Of a DNA stretch of 64,000 bases, positions 11,233-21,128 are shown one piece after another. The stretch is from assembly GCF_947072515.1 (NCBI RefSeq), contig NZ_CAMTIG010000007.1, forward strand, positions 106 to 64,105, in the 5' to 3' direction. The notes under the pieces were generated by a model. That model saw only the letters and a list, made by a program, of their open reading frames with translations. It ran no database searches and had not been told where the DNA came from. Source of the DNA: an uncultured Clostridium sp. (lineage in GTDB: Bacteria > Bacillota > Clostridia > Clostridiales > Clostridiaceae). The translations under genes and the position numbers were made by a program. How positions within the stretch are numbered: position 1 is the stretch's first letter; each line of letters starts with the position of its first letter.

Positions 11233-12114
11233 TTATTCAATATTTTGAATTTGCTCTCTAATTTTTTCAATTATATTTTTTATTTCAATAACAAAATTTA
11301 TCATTTCTATATCGCTTGATTTTGAAGCTATTGTATTTGCTTCTCTATTCATTTCTTGAACAATAAAATCTAACTTTCTACCAATAGATTCATCAATACT
11401 CAAGGTATTTCTCATCTGAATAAGATGACTTCTAAGTCTTATTATTTCCTCATCAACAGTAGCTTTATCTGCTAATATTGCTACTTCCATAGCTAATCTA
11501 GTTTTATCTATATCCTCAAGATTTACTAATTCTTTTATTCTATCTTCAATCTTTTCTTTATAAACTTTTGGTACTCTATCTGCTATTTCTTCAATTCTAT
11601 AAGATAATTTTTCTATAACTTCTAACTTTAAAAGAATATCTTCTTTTAATTTATTTCCTTCTTTTTCTCTCATTTCTATCATACTATTTAAAGCTTCATT
11701 TAATAATTCTTTCATTTCATTAAATGTCTCTTCTAAGTCTTCTTCTTTTTCCACTATATTTAAAACATCTGGAAATCTAGAAATTTTAGAGATAGTTATA
11801 TCATTTTCAATATTAAGTAAATCACCTATAGATGTTAAAGCCTCATAATAACTTTTAGCTAAATCTCCATCTACTGAAACTATGTTGTTAGACCTTGAAT
11901 AACTTTTAAAATTAATAAATACATCAACTTTTCCTCTATTTAACTGACTACTTATTATACTTCTTAACTTTTCTTCTAAAGAAAACATAAATTTTGGCAT
12001 TCTTATATTTATATCTAAATATCTATGATTTACACTTTTCATTTCAATTGAAAATACTTTTTCACTTCCATCTTTACTTCTAGCTCTACCAAAACTAGTC
12101 ATGCTTTTAGTCAA
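11233..12114 (-). CDS. yloC: YicC/YloC-family endoribonuclease
   Basis: [65 protein letters not shown]. Confidence 0.94.
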   Translation of the reverse strand: MTKSMTSFGRARSKDGSEKVFSIEMKSVNHRYLDINIRMPKFMFSLEEKLRSIISSQLNRGKVDVFINFKSYSRSNNIVSVDGDLAKSYYEALTSIGDLLNIENDITISKISRFPDVLNIVEKEEDLEETFNEMKELLNEALNSMIEMREKEGNKLKEDILLKLEVIEKLSYRIEEIADRVPKVYKEKIEDRIKELVNLEDIDKTRLAMEVAILADKATVDEEIIRLRSHLIQMRNTLSIDESIGRKLDFIVQEMNREANTIASKSSDIEMINFVIEIKNIIEKIREQIQNIE

Positions 12115-12148
12115 ATTTATCCCTCCTTTTCTTTTAAAGTATAATCAT

Positions 12149-12177
12149 ATATTATTTGACTATAGATTTAAAGTCAA
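12149..12177 (-). promoter_or_regulatory. Putative sigmaA promoter of the yloC-remA-gmk operon
   Basis: TTGACT-17 nt-TAATAT on the minus strand; the -35 is one half of a TTGACT-N10-AGTCAA inverted repeat. Confidence 0.55.
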
Positions 12178-12270
12178 TGCTTTGTTAACAAAATATTTAC
12201 ATTTGTTATTGTTTATATTTTTTTAAGCGAAAAAATAGAGGTTTCCTTACGGTAACCTCCTATCTTATCT

Positions 12271-13632
12271 TTATAAGATAAATAACTTTACAATAAAAAT
12301 AATTGCTAATACAATCATTACACCTGATATTTTTTTCTTTTCCTTTTCTTTTCCCAAGAAAAGATTATAAAAAATATTTATAAATACATACGATAAAACT
12401 CCTATCGTTAACCCATCTCCTATACTGTACATAAGTGGCATACATGCAATTGTTAAAAATGCTGGAAAACCTTCCGTAATTTCATCAAAATCAATATTTT
12501 TTACTGCTCCAAGCATTAAGAACCCTACATATATTAAAGCTGGTGCTGTTGCACATGCTGGAATAGCTATAAATATCGGTGAAAAAAACATAGCTATTAG
12601 AAATAATATTCCTGTTGTTACAGATGTCCACCCTGTTCTTCCACCTGCTGCTACTCCTGTTGAACTTTCAACAAATGTAGTCACTGTAGAAACTCCTATA
12701 AATGCACCTGCTGTAGTTCCTATTGCATCTACCATAAGTGCTTTCCCTGCATTTGGAACATTTCCGTCTTCATCAAGCATTCCTGCTCTTGACGAAACTC
12801 CAACTAATGTTCCTATAGTATCAAAGAAATCTACGAATAAGAATGTAAATACTATTGTTATTAATGGTCCAATAGCTTCTGGATTTAAAAGATAGTCTAA
12901 TCTCAATTGACCTGCAATAGGTGCTATACTTTCAAATTTAATAATTCCTTCTGGTAAGTATATTCCTAAACTTGCTGCATATGTAGGATCAAACATTGCA
13001 TATCCCCATGCAACTATTGTTGCCGTAACAATTCCTATAAGAATCGCACCTTTTATTCCTTTTTTATCTAAGATCGCAATAATTATAATTCCAAGTAATG
13101 CTATTAATACAGTAGGACTTGCAAAATCTCCCATCGATATAAATGTAGCATCATTTTTTACAACTAATCCTCCACCTGTTAATCCAATAAATGCAATAAA
13201 AAGTCCAATTCCTGCTGTAACTGCAAACTTCATATTCACTGGTATAGCTCGTACAACAGCTTCCCTCATTTTAAAGGCCGACATAAAAATAAAAATTATT
13301 CCCTCTATAAATACTGCTGTTAATGCAACTTGCCAAGGAATTTTATCTTTCAAAACAACTGTATATGCAAAAAATGCATTAAGTCCCATTCCTGATGCAA
13401 GTGCAAATGGTAAATTCGCAAAAGCTCCCATTAAAATAGTTGTAAAGCCAGCTGCTAAACATGTTGCTGTAACAAGAGCCCCTTTATCCATACCAGTATC
13501 ACCTAAAATATTAGGATTTACTGCAATAATGTACGCCATCGTTAAAAAAGTAGTTATCCCTGCAATAATTTCTTTTTTGAAATCCACATTTTTATTGTCT
13601 AAAATTTCAAAAAATGATTTCTTCCCATTCAT
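12271..13632 (-). CDS. NCS2-family (PbuG/PbuO/AzgA-like) guanine/hypoxanthine permease
   Basis: AGITTFLTMAYII.VNP, PFALASGMGLNAFF, DFFDTIGTL, ESSTGVAAGGRTG; about 12 hydrophobic segments; purine riboswitch upstream. Confidence 0.93.
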   Translation of the reverse strand: MNGKKSFFEILDNKNVDFKKEIIAGITTFLTMAYIIAVNPNILGDTGMDKGALVTATCLAAGFTTILMGAFANLPFALASGMGLNAFFAYTVVLKDKIPWQVALTAVFIEGIIFIFMSAFKMREAVVRAIPVNMKFAVTAGIGLFIAFIGLTGGGLVVKNDATFISMGDFASPTVLIALLGIIIIAILDKKGIKGAILIGIVTATIVAWGYAMFDPTYAASLGIYLPEGIIKFESIAPIAGQLRLDYLLNPEAIGPLITIVFTFLFVDFFDTIGTLVGVSSRAGMLDEDGNVPNAGKALMVDAIGTTAGAFIGVSTVTTFVESSTGVAAGGRTGWTSVTTGILFLIAMFFSPIFIAIPACATAPALIYVGFLMLGAVKNIDFDEITEGFPAFLTIACMPLMYSIGDGLTIGVLSYVFINIFYNLFLGKEKEKKKISGVMIVLAIIFIVKLFIL

Positions 13633-13650
13633 TCTCTTTCCCCCTTAAAT

Positions 13651-13695
13651 GAAAAGAGTTATTATGATTTTAGTAAAACTAATCATAATAACTCT
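13651..13695 (-). terminator. Riboswitch expression-platform terminator
   Basis: AGAGTTATTATGATT / AATCATAATAACTCT stem followed by TTTT; the aptamer 5' flank ATAACTC can pair with GAGTTAT of the 5' arm as an antiterminator. Confidence 0.85.
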
Positions 13696-13717
13696 AGAAG
13701 TTTCCTTCCAAACTTAT

Positions 13718-13790
13718 TGCTCATAGTTAGATATTTCAAGGTATCTAGTAGAAACGGCAAACCTTATTATTGCCATATATGAGTTATATT
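13718..13790 (-). ncRNA. Purine riboswitch aptamer, guanine-type (C at the specificity position)
   Basis: Minus strand CTCATATA-TGGCAA-TAATAAGGT-TTGCC-GTTTCTAC-TAGATA-CCTTGAAA-TATCTA-ACTATGAG: P1 CTCAT/ATGAG, canonical J2/3 GUUUCUAC, J3/1 AC; upstream of a purine permease. Confidence 0.93.
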
Positions 13791-13800
13791 TGTTAATTAA

Positions 13801-13829
13801 ATATTAATATTTTTAACGAATGATGTCAA
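13801..13829 (-). promoter_or_regulatory. Putative sigmaA promoter for riboswitch-permease transcript
   Basis: TTGACA-17 nt-TAATAT about 10 nt upstream of the aptamer. Confidence 0.7.
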
Positions 13830-13856
13830 TACTTTTTTCTTTTATTTTTCAATAAT

Positions 13857-13896
13857 GTACGAATTTTTTTATTTTTAAACTATTTATAATTCGTTA
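13857..13896. promoter_or_regulatory. Candidate PurR operator (inverted PurBox pair)
   Basis: ACGAAT-N24-ATTCGT, matching the inverted CGAA-core arrangement of B. subtilis PurR operators; a third ACGAA lies in the promoter spacer (13816-13820). Confidence 0.55.
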
Positions 13897-14889
13897 TATG
13901 TTATGTTCATATAATCCCTGTTCAAATATGTCCATTATTTCTTCATTTTTCACATCTGAATTAATAGCAACCAATAATTTTATTCTTGCTTTTTGTCCTG
14001 GCATATTATCCCCAAATATTACTCCCATATCTCTAAGTTGTTTTCCTCCACCTTCATATCCATAAGATTCAAACACTCTTCCTTCAAAACATCTCGATAC
14101 TATAACTACAGGAATTTTTTGATCTAAAGCATTTTTCACACCTCTTACCATTTGTGGTGGAATATTGCCTCTCCCTAAAGCTTCTATTACGATTCCTCCA
14201 ACACCCTTTTCTACAGAGTAATTTATAAATGAATCATCCATACCTGCTACACATTTTATTAATGCAACATCCTTTTCTATTTTCTCTGGTATTAATTTCA
14301 TTCCTCTTTTTGCTTTTCTATAAAATATCACTTTATTATTATCTACTATTCCAATAGGTCCAAAATTAGGAGTTCTAAATGCATTCAAAGCCATCGAGTT
14401 TGCTTTTGTAACCTCTTTTGCTGCATTTAACTCTCCATTAAAGCACACTATTACACCTCTATCTATAGCCTCTTCTGATATAGCTGTACATATTGATGTT
14501 GCTAAATTAAATGGTCCATCATATCCAAGTTCTGAGCTACTTCTCATAGCACCTGTTACAATAATTGGTTTTTTAGTTTTAACTACTAAATCTAAAAAAT
14601 AAGCAGTTTCTTCTAAAGTATCAGTTCCATGAGTTATTACAACCCCATCTATATCATCTCTATCTACTAATTCTTGTGCATACCTTGCCAAATCAAGCAT
14701 TATTTTTGGAGTTACGTGTGGTGATGGTAAACTTGAAAAACTATAGTTTTCAATTTCTGCATGTCCTTCAATTCCCGTTACCATTGCCATTATTTCCTCT
14801 CCACTTAAACTTGGTACTGCTGCTTTTATTCTTTCATCAACTTTCATTGATATTGTTCCACCATTAAATATTACTGCTACTTTTTTCAT
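13894..14889 (-). CDS. L-asparaginase
   Basis: GGTISM, HGTDTLEET, TGAMR, DGPFNL, GRGNIP, SRC, KARIKL. Confidence 0.93.
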   Translation of the reverse strand: MKKVAVIFNGGTISMKVDERIKAAVPSLSGEEIMAMVTGIEGHAEIENYSFSSLPSPHVTPKIMLDLARYAQELVDRDDIDGVVITHGTDTLEETAYFLDLVVKTKKPIIVTGAMRSSSELGYDGPFNLATSICTAISEEAIDRGVIVCFNGELNAAKEVTKANSMALNAFRTPNFGPIGIVDNNKVIFYRKAKRGMKLIPEKIEKDVALIKCVAGMDDSFINYSVEKGVGGIVIEALGRGNIPPQMVRGVKNALDQKIPVVIVSRCFEGRVFESYGYEGGGKQLRDMGVIFGDNMPGQKARIKLLVAINSDVKNEEIMDIFEQGLYEHNI

Positions 14890-14997
14890 TACATACTCCT
14901 CCTTATTATCCTTCGTTTCTTATTTGTAAGTTTAAGATTTAATATACTCACCTCAAAACAAACTTTTCTTCGTTTATTATATAATTTTTGTAAAATT

Positions 14998-15393
14998 TTA
15001 TCCACTAATAATTTTTAGTTTTCCAGATTCTATTTTTGATATTATTCTACTCTTTATAAGCGGATACATAGTAGATATATAGAAATATTTTTTTATTTTA
15101 TCATATTCTACTACAATCACAATCTGTACATCTATTTTTTTTACTAGTTTTAGAGAAATCTTATTTTCACTTTTACTAATCCCTATATATTCAGGGCTTT
15201 TAATTATCGTTTCTATCACCTTAGATATATTTTCCCTAACGTATCTAGTTAATTGCCTTCCGTGTTTTTTTCTAATATGCTTAAATACACTTTTATGGAT
15301 ATAAATATTTCCATTAGACTTTAAATCAATATCTCTTAAAAATTTTTTATCTAGTCGTCCAACTTTCTTGTAGGTTTCATATTGTCTTTCCAT
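14998..15393 (-). CDS. Hypothetical basic protein resembling PBECR2/PBECR3 (barnase-EndoU-colicin-RelE fold) nuclease domains
   Basis: 131 aa, Lys-rich; pattern VG.L...IYI.....H..K.H...I..II.SP.YIG...K......V.V......Y+STMY recalled from PBECR families; no HMM search run. Confidence 0.55.
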   Translation of the reverse strand: MERQYETYKKVGRLDKKFLRDIDLKSNGNIYIHKSVFKHIRKKHGRQLTRYVRENISKVIETIIKSPEYIGISKSENKISLKLVKKIDVQIVIVVEYDKIKKYFYISTMYPLIKSRIISKIESGKLKIISG

Positions 15394-15648
15394 AAATTTT
15401 CACCAAGCCTTAGTTTATTTTTATAGACCTCTCTAATATTAGTATATTAATTCTCTTCATCTTTGATTATATATTTTATGAGTTTTCTAAATAAATATAG
15501 TAAATTATCAACCTTCCAATTTCACTATTATCATCTAGCTTTAAATTACTTATAAAGTTTAGCCGTCAATCTTAAATTCTATAATTTTATATAAAAAAGA
15601 GACTGTTGATTACTTTTAGTTATTCAACAATCCCTTTTTTATTTTACT

Positions 15649-17127
15649 TTAAAGTATTATGCAAATTAAGCCGCCATTTCCTTCATTAATAATTTTTTGA
15701 AGTGTTTTTTGAATTTTAGTTTGTACATCTTCTGGCATTTTATAAAGTTTCTTTTGTAGTCCTTCTTTAACTAGAACTTCTAAAGATTTACCAAGCATAT
15801 TACTTTGCCATAAAGTTCCTGGATCATTTTCGAATTGCTCTAATAATGATTTAACTAATTCTTCCGATTCTTTTTCAGTTCCCATTATTGGACTTATTTC
15901 GGTCTGAATATTTGCTTTTATAAAATGAAGTGATGGCGCACTAGCTTTTAATTTCACACCATACTGTCCACCATGTTTAACTATTTCTGGTTCTTCAAAT
16001 TTCATTTCTTTTAGTTGAGGTGCAACTAATCCATAACCTGTTTCATTAACATCTTTAAGAGCATCTTTAACTTTATCATATTCTTTTTTTGCAAAATTCA
16101 ATTCTTTTACTAATTTTAAAAGATTCGTTTCTGAATCAACTTCTAGTTCACACATTTCACTTAAGACTTTATAAAAAATTCCTTCTTTAGGTTTCATAAT
16201 TACATTTGCAGTTCCAACACCTAAATCTATTTCTTTTATAATACTTTCTCCTAGGTTTTCTTCATTTGATAAAAGATCTAATGATAATTTTATATCTCTT
16301 ACCTTTGATATGTTTTTGCTCATTTCCTTAATTATATTAAAGAAATTCACCTTTAACCAATGCTCTGATTCTAAATTTTCAAGCCATTCTGGCATATGGA
16401 TATTAACTTCTTTCACAGGAAACTCTTTAAGTACTTGATTAAATAATTCTTCAATATCTTCTTCAGTCATATTAGCTATATCCATAGGTTTTACAGATAC
16501 ATTATATTTTTTTTCCATTTCATTTTTTATTTCCATTGTTTCTTGTGAACTAGCTCTTGAACTATTCAGTATAACAACAAATGGTTTATTTATTCCTTGA
16601 AGCTCTGCTATAACTCTTTCTTCTGCTTCTATATAATCTTCTCTCTCAAGACCTGTTATACTTCCATCTGTTGTAATAACAAATCCTATTGTTGAATGAT
16701 CTGTGATAACTTTCCTTGTCCCTATTTCTGCTGCATCTTCAAAAGGAATTTCATAGTCATACCAAGGTGTATTGACCATTTTTGCTTCTTCCCCGTCTAA
16801 GTATCCTAATGCTTCTTTTACTATATACCCAACACAATCCACTAATCTGACCTTGAATTTCACATCTTCCTCTATCCCAATCTCAACTGCTTCATTTGGC
16901 ACAAATTTTGGTTCTGTAGTATGAATCATTTTTCCTGATCCACTTTGAGGTAATTCATCCTTTGCTCTTTCCTTTTTAAATGAGTTGTCTATCTTTGGTA
17001 TTACCATAAGATCCATAAACTTCTTAATAAAAGTTGACTTTCCTGTTCTAACCGGTCCAACAACTCCTACATATATGTCTCCTTGGGTTCTTTCAGCTAT
17101 ATCTTTGTAAATTTTAAAGCTATCCAA
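15649..17127 (-). CDS. spoIVA: Stage IV sporulation protein A
   Basis: DIAERTQGDIYVGVVGPVRTGKSTFIKKF, TTEPKFVPN, VDCVG, C-terminal INEGNGGLICIIL; TTG start with GGAGG RBS. Confidence 0.98.
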   Translation of the reverse strand: MDSFKIYKDIAERTQGDIYVGVVGPVRTGKSTFIKKFMDLMVIPKIDNSFKKERAKDELPQSGSGKMIHTTEPKFVPNEAVEIGIEEDVKFKVRLVDCVGYIVKEALGYLDGEEAKMVNTPWYDYEIPFEDAAEIGTRKVITDHSTIGFVITTDGSITGLEREDYIEAEERVIAELQGINKPFVVILNSSRASSQETMEIKNEMEKKYNVSVKPMDIANMTEEDIEELFNQVLKEFPVKEVNIHMPEWLENLESEHWLKVNFFNIIKEMSKNISKVRDIKLSLDLLSNEENLGESIIKEIDLGVGTANVIMKPKEGIFYKVLSEMCELEVDSETNLLKLVKELNFAKKEYDKVKDALKDVNETGYGLVAPQLKEMKFEEPEIVKHGGQYGVKLKASAPSLHFIKANIQTEISPIMGTEKESEELVKSLLEQFENDPGTLWQSNMLGKSLEVLVKEGLQKKLYKMPEDVQTKIQKTLQKIINEGNGGLICIIL

Positions 17128-17290
17128 GTCCTTAACCTCCTAAGTATTTTTGACAATATATATATATTCAAAATCTTCCTTTTATATACTTAATTTATGT
17201 ATCTTATTTGGAATCTTTAGAATAAATATTTCTCATACTCTATTACTATGCTTTTCTTTAGAATAAATTCCTCTTTCCCTTAAAATTAAA

Positions 17291-17338
17291 TAAAAAAAAT
17301 CTAGATTATATATTTTTTTCATACATAATCTAGATTAT
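17291..17338 (-). terminator. Intrinsic terminator after gpsA
   Basis: AATCTAGATTAT-N15-ATAATCTAGATT plus a U run; each arm is itself a palindrome (AATCTAGATT). Confidence 0.7.
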
Positions 17339-17348
17339 AATTCACTAA

Positions 17349-18341
17349 TTAATGAATTTCATTTTTCTTTTCTCTGCCCATTAATTCACTAACAACTTCT
17401 TCAGTATTCTTATTTTGAAAAAGAACACTATAAAGTCCTTCAGTAATTGGCATACTTACATTTATTTTTTTATTTAATTCATGAAATGCCTTACAAGCTT
17501 TTACGCCTTCAACTATCATTCCAACTTCCTCTAGTGCTTGATCTAAAGTTTTCCCTTTTCCAATAAGAATACCAGCTCTTCTATTTCTAGAATGAAGAGA
17601 TGTGCAGGTAACTATTAAATCGCCCATTCCTGTAAGTCCATAAAAAGTTTCAGCTTTTCCACCTAGTGCTATTCCAACTCTTGAAATTTCTTTCATTCCT
17701 CTAGTCATTAATGCAGCTTTTGAATTATCTCCATATCCGCATCCATCACCGATTCCAGCAGCTAGTGCAATTATATTTTTAACTGCTCCGCCAATTTCCA
17801 CACCAATAATATCATCATTAGTATATATTCTTAAAGAGCTAGTCATAAATAATTCTTGTACTTTTTCTGCATATTCCATATGATTTGAAGTAGACACAAG
17901 TGTTGTAGGAATTTCAATAGCAACTTCTTCTGCATGACTTGGTCCTGATAAAATAACTACAGGATTATCTAATTCTTCTTCAATCACTTCAGATAATCTC
18001 TTATTTGTCTCTGGTTCAATTCCTTTAGCTATAGAAATTACCACTACATCTTTTGATATTTTACCTTTTATTTCTCGTGCCATCAATCTAATTATATGTG
18101 ATGGCACTGCAAGTACTACATAATTTACATTTTCTAATGCTTCTTCTATAATATTTGTTGCTTTAATTCCTTCTGGTATTGAAAGGTTTTTTATATATTT
18201 ATCATTTCTTTTGTTATTATTTATATCGTTACAAACGTCTATATTTCTGTCGTATATTACTATGTCTTCACCTTTTTTAGCTAGTTGTATTGCAAGGGCA
18301 GTTCCAAAGCTCCCGCCACCTATAAATCCAACTTTATTCAT
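17349..18341 (-). CDS. gpsA: NAD(P)H-dependent glycerol-3-phosphate dehydrogenase
   Basis: [51 protein letters not shown]. Confidence 0.97.
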   Translation of the reverse strand: MNKVGFIGGGSFGTALAIQLAKKGEDIVIYDRNIDVCNDINNNKRNDKYIKNLSIPEGIKATNIIEEALENVNYVVLAVPSHIIRLMAREIKGKISKDVVVISIAKGIEPETNKRLSEVIEEELDNPVVILSGPSHAEEVAIEIPTTLVSTSNHMEYAEKVQELFMTSSLRIYTNDDIIGVEIGGAVKNIIALAAGIGDGCGYGDNSKAALMTRGMKEISRVGIALGGKAETFYGLTGMGDLIVTCTSLHSRNRRAGILIGKGKTLDQALEEVGMIVEGVKACKAFHELNKKINVSMPITEGLYSVLFQNKNTEEVVSELMGREKKNEIH

Positions 18342-18343
18342 AG

Positions 18344-19660
18344 TTATAACTTCCTTTCTCTATACTCTATTTGTATCCCTGTTCCTTCGAAATCAAAACT
18401 TTCTCTTAATTGGTTCTCTAAATATCTTTGATATGAAAAATGTGTTGCATTTGAATCATTAACAAAGAATATAAATTTAGGTGGTTTTGTTGCAACTTGT
18501 GTTGCATAGTAAATTTTCATTCTTCTTATTCCAACTGTTGGTGGTTCTTTCATAAGTACAGCTCTGTTTACTACATCATTTAAAATACCAGTTGATATTC
18601 TCTTTGAATAGTTATCATAACATTTTCTAGCTACTTGTAGAACTTTATGACTTCTTTGACCTGTTAATGCTGATATAAATAAGTATTCAGCATAACTTAA
18701 GAATTTTAATTTACTTTGTAAGTCTTTTTTATAATTATCAAGTGTCTTATCATCTTTTTCTATTAAATCCCACTTATTAACTATTACCATAATAGCTTTT
18801 CTCATTTCATGAGCATATCCTATTATTTTTTCATCTTGTTCTGTTATTCCTTCTTCAGCATCTATCATAAGAATACAAACATCTGCTCTTTCAATTGCTG
18901 TATAAGTTCTAATAACACTATATCTTTCAATTTCTTCTTTTACTTTGCTTTTTCTTCTAAGTCCAGCTGTATCTATAAGAATAAACTTACCTTCTTCAGT
19001 TTCTAAGTAACTATCAATAGCATCTCTAGTTGTTCCTGGAACATTTGATACTATAACTCTTTCTTCTCCTAGAAGTCTGTTTATAAGAGATGATTTACCT
19101 ACATTTGGTTTACCTATCATAGCAATTCTTATGTATTCATCTTCATCTTCTTCTCCAGCATTTTTAGGGAATCCTTCTACTACTCTATCAAGCATATCTC
19201 CAAGTCCAAGTCCTTGTGATGCTGATATTGTAATAGGATCTCCTATACCTAAATTATAGAATTCCCAACCATTTTCTTCTTCTTTTAAAGAATCTACTTT
19301 ATTTACAACAAGCACTACTGGCTTTTTGCTTTTTCTAAGCATTGATGCTACTTCTTCATCAGCTGCTGTTACCCCTTCTTTACCGTCAACGATAAATACT
19401 ATAACGTCTGCTGTCTCTATAGCAATATTTGCTTGTCTTCTCATTTGCTTTACAATGATATCATTTCTTTCAGGTTCAATCCCCCCTGTATCTATCATTG
19501 TAAAATTATAATTTAACCATTCAGCTTGAGCATATACTCTATCTCTAGTAACTCCTGGAGTATCTTCAACTATTGAAATTCTATGTCCTGCTAATCTATT
19601 GAATAACGTTGATTTTCCAACGTTAGGTCTTCCTACTATTGCAACTATTGGCTTACCCAT
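18344..19660 (-). CDS. der: Ribosome biogenesis GTPase Der (EngA)
   Basis: Two GTPase domains ([16 protein letters not shown]; DTGG, DTAG; NKVD, NKWD) plus KH-like C-terminus. Confidence 0.98.
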   Translation of the reverse strand: MGKPIVAIVGRPNVGKSTLFNRLAGHRISIVEDTPGVTRDRVYAQAEWLNYNFTMIDTGGIEPERNDIIVKQMRRQANIAIETADVIVFIVDGKEGVTAADEEVASMLRKSKKPVVLVVNKVDSLKEEENGWEFYNLGIGDPITISASQGLGLGDMLDRVVEGFPKNAGEEDEDEYIRIAMIGKPNVGKSSLINRLLGEERVIVSNVPGTTRDAIDSYLETEEGKFILIDTAGLRRKSKVKEEIERYSVIRTYTAIERADVCILMIDAEEGITEQDEKIIGYAHEMRKAIMVIVNKWDLIEKDDKTLDNYKKDLQSKLKFLSYAEYLFISALTGQRSHKVLQVARKCYDNYSKRISTGILNDVVNRAVLMKEPPTVGIRRMKIYYATQVATKPPKFIFFVNDSNATHFSYQRYLENQLRESFDFEGTGIQIEYRERKL

Positions 19661-19663
19661 ATT

Positions 19664-20998
19664 TTATTCCTCCTCGTTGTATTTATTTAATAGTGATATT
19701 AAATCATCACCACTATAATCACATGGTATAACTTTTATATTTAATGCTTTTTCGATATCATCTATAACTGTATCATCAAGCATTATTGGCACATCTGAAC
19801 TTCCTGGCTCATATCCTCTTCTAAACATATTATCAGGCATTATTAAATACTTTGTATCTATTTTTCCTTTTAATTGTTCTATTATATCTCTTCCCGTTAT
19901 AAGCCCTGAAACTGTAATTGTTTCTCCAAAGAAATTATTAATTATTGGTCTAACATCTATAGTTATTTTAGGATTCTTTTCTGTTATCTTATTCATTACA
20001 TTCTTAACTTCAGGATATGCTAACATACCAGTTATACTAGTATATTTTCCTCCTTTAGTTAAATCTAACTCTTTAAGATCTTCCATTATTCTATTTCTAA
20101 AATATCTTATAGATCCTACTCCATCCTCTATTTGTGAATATCCATTATAAAACTCTGCCTCTGGAACATCAATTCCAGCAACTACATAAAATTCATCTGA
20201 AAGTCTAATAAAAGGTTCATTTACCTCCTGATAAAATTTATCTTGCATTTCTTTTATAAAATTTATTGTTTCTATAGATTCTTCTTTAGTAAATCTCCTA
20301 AGTTTTTTAAGATTTTCTCTATGCTTAGTCATTCCTAAAGGCACTACAGCTACATTATTCACATAAGGATATAACTTATAAAGATCTTTTATAGTTCTTT
20401 TAAGTTCTTCTCCACTATTTATATCTGGAACACAAACTATTTGAGCATGCATCTGAATTCCTGCTTCTGCAAGTCTCTCCATTCTAGAGTAAACTTCTCC
20501 TGCAAATCTATTATTAAGCATTTCACGTCTAAGTTCTGGGTTTGTCGTATGTACAGATATGTTAATTGGACTTATATGATATTTTATGATTCTCTCAATA
20601 TCTTCTTCTTTCATATTTGTTAATGTAACAAAATTACCTTGTAAAAAAGAAAGTCTTGAATCATCATCTTTAAAATATATAGTCTCTCTCATTCCTTTAG
20701 GATTTTGGTCTATAAAACAAAAAATACATTTATTGGTGCAGCTTTTGGCTTTATCCATTATTCCGCCACCAAATTCAAGTCCTAGTTCTTCTCCAGGTTC
20801 TTTCTCTATTTCAATATCCCAAATCTCTCCATCTGATTTTTCTATCTGCAATGTAAATTCATCATCTGCAGCTAAAAATCTATAATCTATAATATCATCA
20901 ATTTCTTTGTCATTTATAGAAAGCAAAAAGTCGTTAATTTCTATTCCAACTTCTTCTGCTATACTACCAGGAAGTACTTCTTTAATTAAATTTTTCAT
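19664..20998 (-). CDS. DUF512-family protein: N-terminal PDZ-like domain plus CxxxCxxC radical-SAM-like motif
   Basis: EVLPGSIAEEVGI..ND.LLSIN (PDZ-like); CTNKCIFCFIDQNPKGMRET.YFKDDD.RLSFLQGNFVTLTN; VAVVPLG.TK.R; QIEDGVG; V.GL.TG.D. Confidence 0.85.
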   Translation of the reverse strand: MKNLIKEVLPGSIAEEVGIEINDFLLSINDKEIDDIIDYRFLAADDEFTLQIEKSDGEIWDIEIEKEPGEELGLEFGGGIMDKAKSCTNKCIFCFIDQNPKGMRETIYFKDDDSRLSFLQGNFVTLTNMKEEDIERIIKYHISPINISVHTTNPELRREMLNNRFAGEVYSRMERLAEAGIQMHAQIVCVPDINSGEELKRTIKDLYKLYPYVNNVAVVPLGMTKHRENLKKLRRFTKEESIETINFIKEMQDKFYQEVNEPFIRLSDEFYVVAGIDVPEAEFYNGYSQIEDGVGSIRYFRNRIMEDLKELDLTKGGKYTSITGMLAYPEVKNVMNKITEKNPKITIDVRPIINNFFGETITVSGLITGRDIIEQLKGKIDTKYLIMPDNMFRRGYEPGSSDVPIMLDDTVIDDIEKALNIKVIPCDYSGDDLISLLNKYNEEE

Positions 20999-21035
20999 AT
21001 CTTCACTCCCTTATAAACTTAATGTATCTTTTGTT

Positions 21036-21064
21036 ATATTACCTTAATATAGCGCTATAGTCAA
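21036..21064 (-). promoter_or_regulatory. Putative sigmaA promoter of DUF512-der-gpsA
   Basis: TTGACT-17 nt-TAATAT. Confidence 0.55.
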
Positions 21065-21128
21065 ACAAAATGCATAAATTTAAGGCAGAATATACTTTTA
21101 TTTAAAATATATCCTGCCTTCTATAAAT

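Noticed and set aside
14911-14978. AAACGAAG repeated twice upstream of the asparaginase gene
   Set aside because: Only 8 bp, 57 bp apart, in AT-rich DNA; too weak to call an operator.
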